DNA of 64,000 nucleotides from Candidatus Latescibacterota bacterium (GTDB lineage Bacteria > Latescibacterota > UBA2968 > UBA8231): contig CBDAOB010000005.1 in the NCBI GenBank assembly GCA_965197905.1, positions 544,001 through 608,000 on the forward strand. The letters are read 5' to 3'. This document shows, piece by piece, positions 55,688-64,000 of this stretch (positions are counted from its first letter, which is position 1; each line of letters begins with the position of its first letter). Under the pieces are notes generated by a model. That model worked only from the letters and a program-made list of their open reading frames with translations. It did not search any database and had not been told where the DNA came from. The position numbers and the translations under genes are program-made.

Positions 55688-58144
55688 ATGCGATCAGCTC
55701 GGAATCTCTTTCTTTTTCTGCTGTTCACACTCCCGGCGGCTCCAGCTGACTCCACCGACTCCGGTCATGAGCGGATGCGTGCGGCTCTCAAGAGGATCGC
55801 CGACCATCCGCCGGAAGGTCATTGGGTTTTCCCCACCCTGCGCGCGGAACTCTTGCAACGCAAGCTTGACGAGGTCGAAGCGCAGGCCAAGGCCGGACAA
55901 CCTGCTGAAAACCCGTTTACTCTTTGGCGACTCAACTTCGATCTCGGGCAGGCTTTGGTCAGATCGGGAGACCCGGAGCAGGGCATCAAACATCTGCTGC
56001 AATCCCGAGGCGTGCTCAACGAGCTGGAACGCCAATTCGCTGCGCTCGCTCGACAGGGCGGAGATGCACAACAGCTCAAACGCATTCAATTGCGGATGGG
56101 CAATTTTTCGGTGCAGACCGCTTTCTACCTGGGCATCTCCAACATTCGTCTCGGAGAGGACCAGAACTGCTCGGTGCAGAACCTCGCCGAAGCCTGCATT
56201 CTGCCCATCCAGGGAAAGGGTATCCACACCCAGAAGGAAGGTTCGCGCAACGCTATTCGCTATTTCCGGGAGGTTTTGGACCACCCTTACTGGCGCCTGA
56301 ACCAGGGGGATGCGGAGGATCTAAGCAATGCCTCGGGAGGGATGAGCTCCGAGCGTCTGGGCGGTTTGGCGGCGCCGAACAAACGCACCGCCGACCAACT
56401 GGTTCATTTTCGCGAGGCCTCACGATGGCTGCTCAACATCGCCTACATGACCCTGGGAGAGTACCCGGAGTCTGTTCCAAAGAAACACCTCATTCAACCC
56501 CGCGTGTTCGCGGCCGACATTGCGTTTCCCCGTTTCGAAAACGTCGGCCCGAAGCTCGCGTTGGATACCTTCAATCTCTGCGGTGGTGCCATCGTCGACG
56601 ACTTTGACGGCGACGGCAATCTGGACATCGTCACCAGTACCTGGGATCTTGCCGGCCAGATGCGTTATTTTCGCAGTAAGGGCGACGGAACCTTTGTGGA
56701 TGAAACCGACAAGGCTGGGCTGACCGGCTTTTTTGGCGGGCTCAACATGGTCCAGGCGGACCACGACAACGACGGCGACGTCGATATCTTCGTCCTGCGC
56801 GGCGCCTGGCTCTCTAGATGGGGTCGGCACCCGAACTCCCTGTTGAGCAACAACGGCGACGGCACCTTCACCGACATCACCTACGCAGCCGGATTGGCCG
56901 AGGTGAACTACCCCACCAAGTCGGCAACCTGGGGCGACTACGACAACGACGGCAACCTGGATCTCTTCGTCGTCAACGAGACCGATGGCAGCATTGACGC
57001 GCCGTCTCAGCTGTTTCACAACAACGGCGACGGCACCTTCACCGACGTTGCCGACAAAGCCGGGGTCCGCAGCCGGTGTTTCGGCATGGGCACCGTCTGG
57101 GGCGACTACGACGGCGACGGGTTCCTCGATCTATATGTAGGGGATTGCCAACCGGCAAAGCTGTTTCACAATAACGGCGACGGCACCTTCACCGACGTGG
57201 CACGGCGGCTGGGAGTGCGGGGACCGGGAAGACCGTTTGCTGCCTGGTTCTGGGACTTCGACAACGACAGCGCCCTCGACCTCCTGGTTAACGCCTCTTC
57301 GGGTTCGGTGGGGGTGCTGTCCCTGAACCCGCTGGGTGTCGATGTGGAAGAAGTCGAGCCGTCGCGCCGCTCGCTGCAACAGTCGGTGGACGTTGAGGTC
57401 ATGCACCTCTACCGGAACGACGGCAAAGGAGGTTTTAGCGAGGTCGCGACACAGCAGGGGTTGACCTACCCATCGCAGCCGATGGGAGCGAATTTCGGCG
57501 ATCTGGACAACGACGGGTTCCTCGATTTCTACCTCGCTACCGGCGACGTGTTCTACTCGGAGCTGCGACCGAACGTCATGTTCCGGAACCGCGGCGGAAA
57601 CCGGTTCGAGAACGTTACCATGGCGGGTGGATTCGGACACCTGCAGAAGGGGCACGGGGTATCGTTCGCCGACCTGGACAACGACGGGGACCAGGATGTC
57701 TACGTGCAGATGGGAGGGGCTTATCCAGGGGACAAATACAGCGATGCCTTGTTCGAGAATCCGGGATTCGGCCATCGCTGGATTGCGCTGAAGCTGGAGG
57801 GACGTGCCTCGAATCGATCGGCGATCGGCGCCCGCGTTCATGTGCGAATTCGGGAAGGTGACAAGGAGCGCTCCATCTATCGGCACGTAAACAGCGGCGG
57901 CAGCTTCGGCTGCAACCCGCTGCGGCAAACAGTGGGTCTGGGAAAGGCCGACAAGATCCTCGCGCTGGAGATCTTATGGCCTGCCACCGGCCGCACACAG
58001 CGCTTTGAGGACCTGGGTCTGGATCAAGCGATTCGGATCGTCGAAGGAGAATCGACCTACCAATCACTGCGGCTTTCCAGTTTCAAACTGGGGGGCGGCG
58101 ACGCCGCGTCCGTTCCCGCAGCGGACCCGCACCAACACCACTAG
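55688..58144 (+). CDS. CRTAC1-family protein (helical N-domain + FG-GAP repeats + ASPIC/UnbV)
   Basis: Signal peptide. RLGEDQNC...ACILPI, WLLNIAYMTLG, repeated NGDGTFTD, MGANFGDLDNDG, GHLQKGHG, SGGSFGCNPLRQTVGLG. Confidence 0.88.
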   Translation: MRSARNLFLFLLFTLPAAPADSTDSGHERMRAALKRIADHPPEGHWVFPTLRAELLQRKLDEVEAQAKAGQPAENPFTLWRLNFDLGQALVRSGDPEQGIKHLLQSRGVLNELERQFAALARQGGDAQQLKRIQLRMGNFSVQTAFYLGISNIRLGEDQNCSVQNLAEACILPIQGKGIHTQKEGSRNAIRYFREVLDHPYWRLNQGDAEDLSNASGGMSSERLGGLAAPNKRTADQLVHFREASRWLLNIAYMTLGEYPESVPKKHLIQPRVFAADIAFPRFENVGPKLALDTFNLCGGAIVDDFDGDGNLDIVTSTWDLAGQMRYFRSKGDGTFVDETDKAGLTGFFGGLNMVQADHDNDGDVDIFVLRGAWLSRWGRHPNSLLSNNGDGTFTDITYAAGLAEVNYPTKSATWGDYDNDGNLDLFVVNETDGSIDAPSQLFHNNGDGTFTDVADKAGVRSRCFGMGTVWGDYDGDGFLDLYVGDCQPAKLFHNNGDGTFTDVARRLGVRGPGRPFAAWFWDFDNDSALDLLVNASSGSVGVLSLNPLGVDVEEVEPSRRSLQQSVDVEVMHLYRNDGKGGFSEVATQQGLTYPSQPMGANFGDLDNDGFLDFYLATGDVFYSELRPNVMFRNRGGNRFENVTMAGGFGHLQKGHGVSFADLDNDGDQDVYVQMGGAYPGDKYSDALFENPGFGHRWIALKLEGRASNRSAIGARVHVRIREGDKERSIYRHVNSGGSFGCNPLRQTVGLGKADKILALEILWPATGRTQRFEDLGLDQAIRIVEGESTYQSLRLSSFKLGGGDAASVPAADPHQHH
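56852..57196 (+). repeat. three identical 24-nt intragenic repeats AACGGCGACGGCACCTTCACCGAC (NGDGTFTD of FG-GAP blades)
   Basis: Copies at 56852-56875, 57023-57046 and 57173-57196, all in frame. Confidence 0.8.
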
Positions 58145-58163
58145 TTCGGCTAAAGGAGAGCGC

Positions 58164-59702
58164 ATGATTTCGCCGCTACGAAACATTTCACACCCTTTCA
58201 AACTGCCCTCTGACATTATCTACTTTCACGACTGGCGCTACGTGCACCACGGCAGTCACTCCACCGGCTGGAGGAATAAGGAGGGGGAGTGGCTGCGTAT
58301 CTGGTCGGCCGACCCGGTGCCCCCGCTGCGTCACGACCCCGGATACATGCCAATGGGTATTCGACTCCGTGCCAAACCGGCGCAGAAAAGCGAGCCCTTC
58401 TATTTGCCCGCCGAGGACGAGGGTTTCATCTTCGCCGGCGTCATGATGCAGGACGAAGGGCGTTATCGCTGGTGGTACGAATCATTCCCGGCGGAGCATA
58501 TCACCAGCGACAAATACGCCATGGGGGATAGCGATTACGTGCGCTACGGGGAATCCGACGACGGTTGGAGCTGGCGATTCCCGGAGCTGGGTCAGATCGA
58601 GCGAAAGGGCACCACAAACAACAACATCGTGTACGGTCCCCCGGTCATCGATCCCACCGGCTTGCACGGGCCCTGCATCTTCAAGGATCCCTCGGCGCCG
58701 CCGGAGGAGTGCTACAAGATGATCCACACCGGGCACCTGACGCCAGCGATGAAAGAGCGCTACCTGAAGGAGCGACCGGACGAGGTGGGCGCCCTGAATA
58801 CGGCGGAGCGTTGGGACGGCCTCTTTGGGGCAATCTCTCCCGACGGCATCAGCTGGACGCCGCTGCCCGAGCCGCTGGTGGCCCAGATCAGCGATACCCA
58901 CAATGCCTGCGAGTACGATCCGGTGCTGGGGCAGTACGTGGCGTACGTCCGCAACCATTTCTTTGCCAGGCGCACCATCGGCCGCAGCGCCAGTGACGAT
59001 TTTCGTCGGCTGCCCCTGTCCGAGGATCTCTTCTGGCCGGGCACTGTCGAAGAGGCGTACGACCTGTGGTACACCGCCGCAAAGACCAAGATGCCCGGCA
59101 CCACCGACTACCACATCATGTTTCCGCTGCGCTGGCGCCTCATCGACGACTCCTTCAGCTTCGTGCTGGCAGCCAGCCCGGACAACATCCTGTGGAGCTA
59201 CGTCCCCGGGGGCGCGGTCTGCGAGCCAGGTGATTCCGGAGATTGGGTAGCCGGTGCGGTGGCTCCGGGCGTGGGTATGGTGGAGCTGCCGGACAACAAG
59301 ATGGGGATCCCGATCGTCGGCTCTCCGGAACCGCACAAGCATTTGCGGCAGCCGCCCCACGGACATATGGCGTGGGCGATCTGGCCGAAAGGACGATTGG
59401 TGGCGCTGGAGGCACCGGTGGAAGGGAGTTTCCGAACCTTTCCTCTGGAGACCGAGAAACGAAACATCCACCTGAATTTCAAGACACCCCCCGGGGGGTA
59501 TGTTCAGGTTCAGGTTACCGATCGCCGCTACCAGCCGCTTCCCGGCCGCAGCTTCGAGGATTGCGACTGGTTGATCGGCGATCAGATCGATCGGCAGGTG
59601 AGTTGGAACGGGGAGACCGACCTCGGACACGACGGAAGCGGCACTCTTTCCCTTGGATTTCGCATGCGCTGCGCCGAGCTATACAGTGTCGAGTTCAGAT
59701 AG
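58164..59702 (+). CDS. GH32-like beta-propeller protein, paralogue 10 of 10
   Basis: ATG 58164 behind AAGGAG. YGESDDGWSW, IFKDPSAPPEECYK, SPDGISW, SDTHN, SASDDF, C-terminal DCDWLIGDQI...ELYS. Confidence 0.75.
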   Translation: MISPLRNISHPFKLPSDIIYFHDWRYVHHGSHSTGWRNKEGEWLRIWSADPVPPLRHDPGYMPMGIRLRAKPAQKSEPFYLPAEDEGFIFAGVMMQDEGRYRWWYESFPAEHITSDKYAMGDSDYVRYGESDDGWSWRFPELGQIERKGTTNNNIVYGPPVIDPTGLHGPCIFKDPSAPPEECYKMIHTGHLTPAMKERYLKERPDEVGALNTAERWDGLFGAISPDGISWTPLPEPLVAQISDTHNACEYDPVLGQYVAYVRNHFFARRTIGRSASDDFRRLPLSEDLFWPGTVEEAYDLWYTAAKTKMPGTTDYHIMFPLRWRLIDDSFSFVLAASPDNILWSYVPGGAVCEPGDSGDWVAGAVAPGVGMVELPDNKMGIPIVGSPEPHKHLRQPPHGHMAWAIWPKGRLVALEAPVEGSFRTFPLETEKRNIHLNFKTPPGGYVQVQVTDRRYQPLPGRSFEDCDWLIGDQIDRQVSWNGETDLGHDGSGTLSLGFRMRCAELYSVEFR

Positions 59703-59725
59703 TCTGGGTTACTTGAAGCATTAGA

Positions 59726-61064
59726 ATGACTGTCGCCGGCGGACAGGCCATGGCCGGGTGGGCTGAAGCGGACATAACGCCTCCTCTGGGATTTCCCATG
59801 GGTGGGCGTGGGCCCGTCTTCGACCCAGCCGAGCAGATCGCCGATCCGCTCCTGGCGCAAGTCACCATCCTGCAGGATCGACGGGGACGGCGCGTTATTC
59901 TGGTATCCCTCGACATCCTGGGATCGACCCCTTCCGTAGCAGATCCAATCCGCCATCAGCTGGCGGCAATTGCGGGCGCCACTCCCGAAGCGGTAGTCCT
60001 CAATTATTCCCATACCCACAGCAGCGGCATGGGCTTGCTGGAGATCTATCCGTACAGCGGTAAGAAACCGGCACAGATAGGGGATTACGAGACCCGGTTG
60101 TCGAAGACGCTCCTGCGCCTTGACGCACGATGCTTTGGACCGTCTCTCGCCAGTGCGTGCCTACTGGCGCAACGGAGAGAGCGATCTGGCCATCAATCGC
60201 CGGCGCAAGAACGAGAACGGCATCACCGAGCATCGACCGAACAAGGACGGGTACTACGATCCCAATCTCTGGGTGTTGGAACTGGAGGGGTCTGACGGCC
60301 GAGCGATTCTCTACAGCTACGCCTGCCACCCAGTGGTGCTGTACGGGGCAGAGTGGCAGACGATCTCGGCGGACTTCCCGGGCAGGACCCGCCTAACTCT
60401 CAGAGCGGCGTTTGGAGAGGCAACTCACGTGCAGTTCCTTCAGGGTCTGGCGGGAAGCGTGCGGCCGCGTATCCTCGCCGATCTCGCGAAAGAGGTGTTC
60501 GTACGCGGATCGCGGGAGACGCTCGAGCGCACCGGCGACCAGTTGGCCGATGATTTGATGGAAACTCTGCGAACTACGGCCAACGAGATAGAGGTGGAAC
60601 TGCATGCGGCGATGGGGTACGAGCCTGTCCGGCCGGGCCCACCGTTGGACCCGGACTCAGTGGAGGAGATGGGAGACTCCTGGGGTGGAGCCGATGTCTA
60701 CTGGCGAGAACGCCTGCAGAACGGGCCGCCCTGCGATCTGGTTCAGCCCTGGCCCGTCGGCCTGATTCAGCTGGACCGGAAACACCTGATCGCCTATATG
60801 GCCAGCGAGGCTGTAGCCGAATGGCGTCCGCTGATCGAGGAGGTGCTTTCGGGGTACGAGCTGGCCTGTTGGGCTTACTGCCAGCACGACCACACCTACC
60901 TGCCGACGGACGAGCTGATTGCGGACGGCGGGTACGAGGTGGATCGGGCTCCGCTGTGCACCAACTTCTGGCCGCAGCCGCTGGCACTGGGAACGGACGA
61001 CTTGATCAGGACCGAATTCGCCCGGTTGCGAGAGCGCGTTGAGCGGGAGCGAGCACGACCTTAG
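59726..61064 (+). pseudogene. neutral/alkaline ceramidase N-terminal-like hydrolase, frameshifted near 60118-60121
   Basis: Frame 1 gives DITPPLG, DPLLAQ, SLD, SHTHS. Frame 2 gives AINRR, DP, YACHP, ISADFPG, FLQGLAG, YLPT...GGYE. The junction is at CGCCTTGACG. Confidence 0.8.
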
Positions 61065-61097
61065 CCGGGGTCAAACGCGGTCCCCAGCAGCAAGTCG

Positions 61098-61844
61098 TCA
61101 TGGTAACTTCAATATTCGTTTCGCGTTTTCCCCCAACACAAGCCGCTTCGCCTCGTCGCTGATGTCGGCCGTTATGATCTTGCCAATCTGCGGTCGATGG
61201 TCCATCAAAGGAACGTCGGAACCGTAGAGCACGCGGTCGGCACCCGCCTGATTGACCAGCTCCTCTATCGCTCCCGGTGAGCGGAAGGTAGAGCAGGTCT
61301 CCAGATAGACGTTGGCATTGTTCTGGGCAGCTTCGATGGCGTCCGCCCGCATCGGGGGGCAATTCCCGGAGTGTCCGCAAACGAAGATGGCATTGGGAAA
61401 GCGGGGAGCGACATCCGATACGAACTTGGGCCAGGCCGCCGCTTCGATTCCCGTATGCCAAATGACCGCCAGTCCTCGTTCGTTGGCGAACTCGTAGATG
61501 GGGAACCAGGGCGGTTCGTTGAGATTGATCGAGGTGAAAGGAGGATAGAGCTTTATTGCCGTCAGATGCAGCTCGTCGAATGCACGGGTAAGCTCCGGCA
61601 TCATGGTTTCGGGCATGAGGGGCGAGACGTAGGCAAAACCCACAATGCGGTCGGGGTGGGAGGCGACCATGGATGCCGTGTCGTCGTTGCCGCGGGTGCC
61701 CTCAGGGTGCCATATATTGAAGAGACAGGTCTTGTCGATGCCGACGGCATCCATCGAGTTGAACAGGTTCTCCGGGGAGCTACCGGTCAGTCCCCAGCGC
61801 CCGGGATGCCCGTGAAAATCTATAACAGTACCTCCTTCGATCAT
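61098..61844 (-). CDS. amidohydrolase family protein (Amidohydro_2), full metal-ligand set
   Basis: Start MIEGGTVIDFHGH overlaps the upstream stop (ATGA). AIKLYP, IWHT, CGHSG, VLYGSDVP, VLGENA. Confidence 0.85.
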   Translation of the reverse strand: MIEGGTVIDFHGHPGRWGLTGSSPENLFNSMDAVGIDKTCLFNIWHPEGTRGNDDTASMVASHPDRIVGFAYVSPLMPETMMPELTRAFDELHLTAIKLYPPFTSINLNEPPWFPIYEFANERGLAVIWHTGIEAAAWPKFVSDVAPRFPNAIFVCGHSGNCPPMRADAIEAAQNNANVYLETCSTFRSPGAIEELVNQAGADRVLYGSDVPLMDHRPQIGKIITADISDEAKRLVLGENAKRILKLP

Positions 61845-62635
61845 GGTGCGCCCCCTTCCAAAATGCGTTCCAGATTTCCGGTACATATCCCTTGCAGATC
61901 AGCATCGCTCAACCCGATGTTGTGGATGTAATAGAGCATCGGTCCCATGGCGTAACGCGGATAGAACGAACCGTAGACAAAACGCCCGGCGCCATATTCG
62001 TCGATTACCTTCTCCAGTTCGCCAAGGACCTCGTAGCGGCTCAGCTCGATGTGGCAGTTCGGCAGCAACTTCAAGAAGGGGCGCACGAAATGGGCGTGCG
62101 AGTAGTGGGCTCCGACCAGCACCGTCACCAGGTCCGGAAACTTCCTCAAGGTATCCATGATCTCGGTCACCGGGGTCATCGGCATGGGAGTCAACCAGGT
62201 GGGACCCCACTCGTTAGCCATGGATACCCAAAGTGGGATCTTCTCGGCCTGCAGCCACTCCAGCAGGTCGCCGTAGAGCCAGTCGACAAACGGCAGCCCA
62301 GACGCGGCTGAATCGTGCAGCCGCACGTGGTCGAGTTTGCCGTCGTCCCGCAGTTCCTGCAGCTGTTTTAGAGAGTCGGCTTCGGGACCGGCCATCCATT
62401 GGTAGGTAAGCGGTCCGTCGTCGCTGCACCAGTCAGTGAGCAGGTCGTTGCCATCGATGGCGCTGAGGGTCTCACCCGACTGGTGGTGAACCAGGGCACG
62501 TTCCACCCCATGCCTCTGCATCTCTTCCAACAGCTCTTCGGGCGTGTCGAAGGGTGCCGGCCGTTTGTTCTTGTGGCCTACACCGACGTTGGCGTCGATC
62601 ACCGGCACGCGGGCGGAAAAATTCAAGGATGCCAT
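61841..62635 (-). CDS. amidohydrolase-fold protein with degenerate metal site
   Basis: VIDANVGVG, EMQRHGVERALV, FVYGSFYP, ICTGNLERIL. RBS AAGGAG. Confidence 0.75.
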   Translation of the reverse strand: MASLNFSARVPVIDANVGVGHKNKRPAPFDTPEELLEEMQRHGVERALVHHQSGETLSAIDGNDLLTDWCSDDGPLTYQWMAGPEADSLKQLQELRDDGKLDHVRLHDSAASGLPFVDWLYGDLLEWLQAEKIPLWVSMANEWGPTWLTPMPMTPVTEIMDTLRKFPDLVTVLVGAHYSHAHFVRPFLKLLPNCHIELSRYEVLGELEKVIDEYGAGRFVYGSFYPRYAMGPMLYYIHNIGLSDADLQGICTGNLERILEGGAP

Positions 62636-62792
62636 CAGGTCTCCTTCTCCATCGTGGTCTTCGTCTAGTGAGATAGTGTCCTATCGCAGGAATCCGTCAG
62701 CATGTTGCTGCGGATCGATCGCAGCTCGAGGCGTGACGCCAAATCCGCGGATGCTCCCTTGGCCCTGCAACTTCGCTCATGGTACCGCACCT

Positions 62793-63968
62793 TCAGATAC
62801 GACCGAGTCGGCGATCCTCAGCTTCGAGCCATTCGCCATACTCTCGAGGCATCTCCTCCGGTGCCCCGAGACCGTGTTCGCGGCGCCAGCGCATAAGCGG
62901 TTGTGAGCGATCTTTTTGCGGGAGATCGACGCGGCGACCGTATGCCGCGGATTCGAGGATACCCATCATTACCTCCACCACATGGCGCCCTTCCTCACCG
63001 CTGGACTCGTGGGCGCGGCCTTCGTCCAGCGCGCTTACGAACTCGTCGACGTACCAAAGGTCGTCCACGGTGCTCGCTCCATCCGGCTTTCTGCAGTCCG
63101 GGAATATCGGCTCGAGATCTTCCCATTCTTCCACGGTAGCGCCCCCAGGGGCGTAATGAGTCGCCGGCAGGAACATGCCCGCCTTCTTCTTCTCATCGTA
63201 TATCAGGTTGCCCGCCATCAGGCGCCCTTCGGTTCCGCAAAACTCCATCACCGGATTTACCGCGGTTGGATAACGGTGCTGCAAGAGATCGCCAGTGACA
63301 CCGTTGTCGAAGTCGAGGGTGGCGGTCAGGTGTTCGCCGGCGACGATGCCCATGCCGCCTGCCGAGGGTATGACATCATCGGGGGTGATAGGGTGACCGT
63401 CGGTCATACCGGTAGCGGTGACCCTGCGGCAATCGCCGCCGATCTTGAGCATCATGTTGATCATGTGCGTCCCGATGTTCATGAGACCGTACCCGCCGTA
63501 GTAGAACTTGCCATAGCCAGAGATGTGGCGCAGCTCACCGATGCGTCCTTCCTCGTATGCCTTCGCCACCGAGCGCATGATCGCGCCCGAACGGCCCTGG
63601 TGGTGAACGGCGATGCGGACACCTTTCTCTTCCGCTTTCGCAACCACCTCGTCCGCTTCCTCCAGGTCGACGCAGATCGGTTTCTCGATATCTATGTGGA
63701 CGCCGTACTCGAGCACGCGCATGGCCAGCGGGTGGTGGAACTCAGTTCCCGTGGGAATCGCCACGATGTCGGGTTTGGTTTCTTGAATCATAAGGTCCAG
63801 GTCGTCGTAGCGCGCTTCGACGCCAAGCTCATCGCCAAGCTCGTTGTAGCGTTCAGGCAGCAGGTCGCAAAGGCCGACGAGATCGGTGCGGGGGTGATCG
63901 TAGTAGGCGCGGGCGGCTGAACCGCCTCGACTGCGGCAGCCTAGAATGGCCACCTTGTAGGAATTCAT
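62793..63968 (-). CDS. Gfo/Idh/MocA family NAD(P)-dependent oxidoreductase
   Basis: VAILGC, DIVAIPT, HIDIEKP, HHQGR, MNIGTH. Confidence 0.9.
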   Translation of the reverse strand: MNSYKVAILGCRSRGGSAARAYYDHPRTDLVGLCDLLPERYNELGDELGVEARYDDLDLMIQETKPDIVAIPTGTEFHHPLAMRVLEYGVHIDIEKPICVDLEEADEVVAKAEEKGVRIAVHHQGRSGAIMRSVAKAYEEGRIGELRHISGYGKFYYGGYGLMNIGTHMINMMLKIGGDCRRVTATGMTDGHPITPDDVIPSAGGMGIVAGEHLTATLDFDNGVTGDLLQHRYPTAVNPVMEFCGTEGRLMAGNLIYDEKKKAGMFLPATHYAPGGATVEEWEDLEPIFPDCRKPDGASTVDDLWYVDEFVSALDEGRAHESSGEEGRHVVEVMMGILESAAYGRRVDLPQKDRSQPLMRWRREHGLGAPEEMPREYGEWLEAEDRRLGRI

Positions 63969-64000
63969 GGGGAGGTTGGCCTCTATGCCTTCGACATGAC

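Noticed and set aside
56852..57196. Three identical 24-nt repeats as a possible CRISPR-like array
   Set aside because: They are in-frame FG-GAP blade motifs with 126-147 nt of coding sequence between copies, and there are no cas genes.
62636..62792. 157-nt intergenic region with short hairpins (GCTGCG...CGCAGC) as a riboswitch or REP element
   Set aside because: The stems are short, I recognise no riboswitch consensus, and I saw no second copy in the window.

Overview
GC-rich (roughly 60% by eye), gene-dense bacterial window. I found no housekeeping core, rRNA/tRNA, CRISPR array or mobile element. It is a catabolic and cell-surface accessory region built from paralogue expansions: five ~1,000-aa secreted proteins of unknown function (predicted beta-barrel strands plus a dense DxDxDG Ca-binding cluster; tandem arrays at 51-6051 and 24020-32958), ten signal-peptide-less GH32/GH43-like beta-propeller + beta-sandwich proteins, two DUF6785-type polytopic membrane proteins, a FlgD/T9SS-CTD-type secreted protein, two CRTAC1 (FG-GAP/ASPIC-UnbV) proteins with a TPR protein, and five amidohydrolase-superfamily enzymes. 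Other genes are a hydantoinase A-racemase-hydantoinase B operon, a GH151/GH29-like fucosidase, two SGNH hydrolases, a UxuA-like dehydratase, a PhyH dioxygenase, a class III aminotransferase, a PilZ protein, a ceramidase-like protein and a Gfo/Idh/MocA oxidoreductase. Three genes carry apparent frameshifts. The family mix, the YPNPFNP-type C-terminal domain and Gln at +1 of signal peptides suggest an FCB-group candidate lineage such as Latescibacterota (inference). The best candidate novel system is a PUL-like uptake/catabolism module that uses the barrel family, the DUF6785 permease and the CTD protein instead of TonB/SusCD or ABC transporters, none of which occur in the window. All family calls come from motif recognition by eye; no searches were run.
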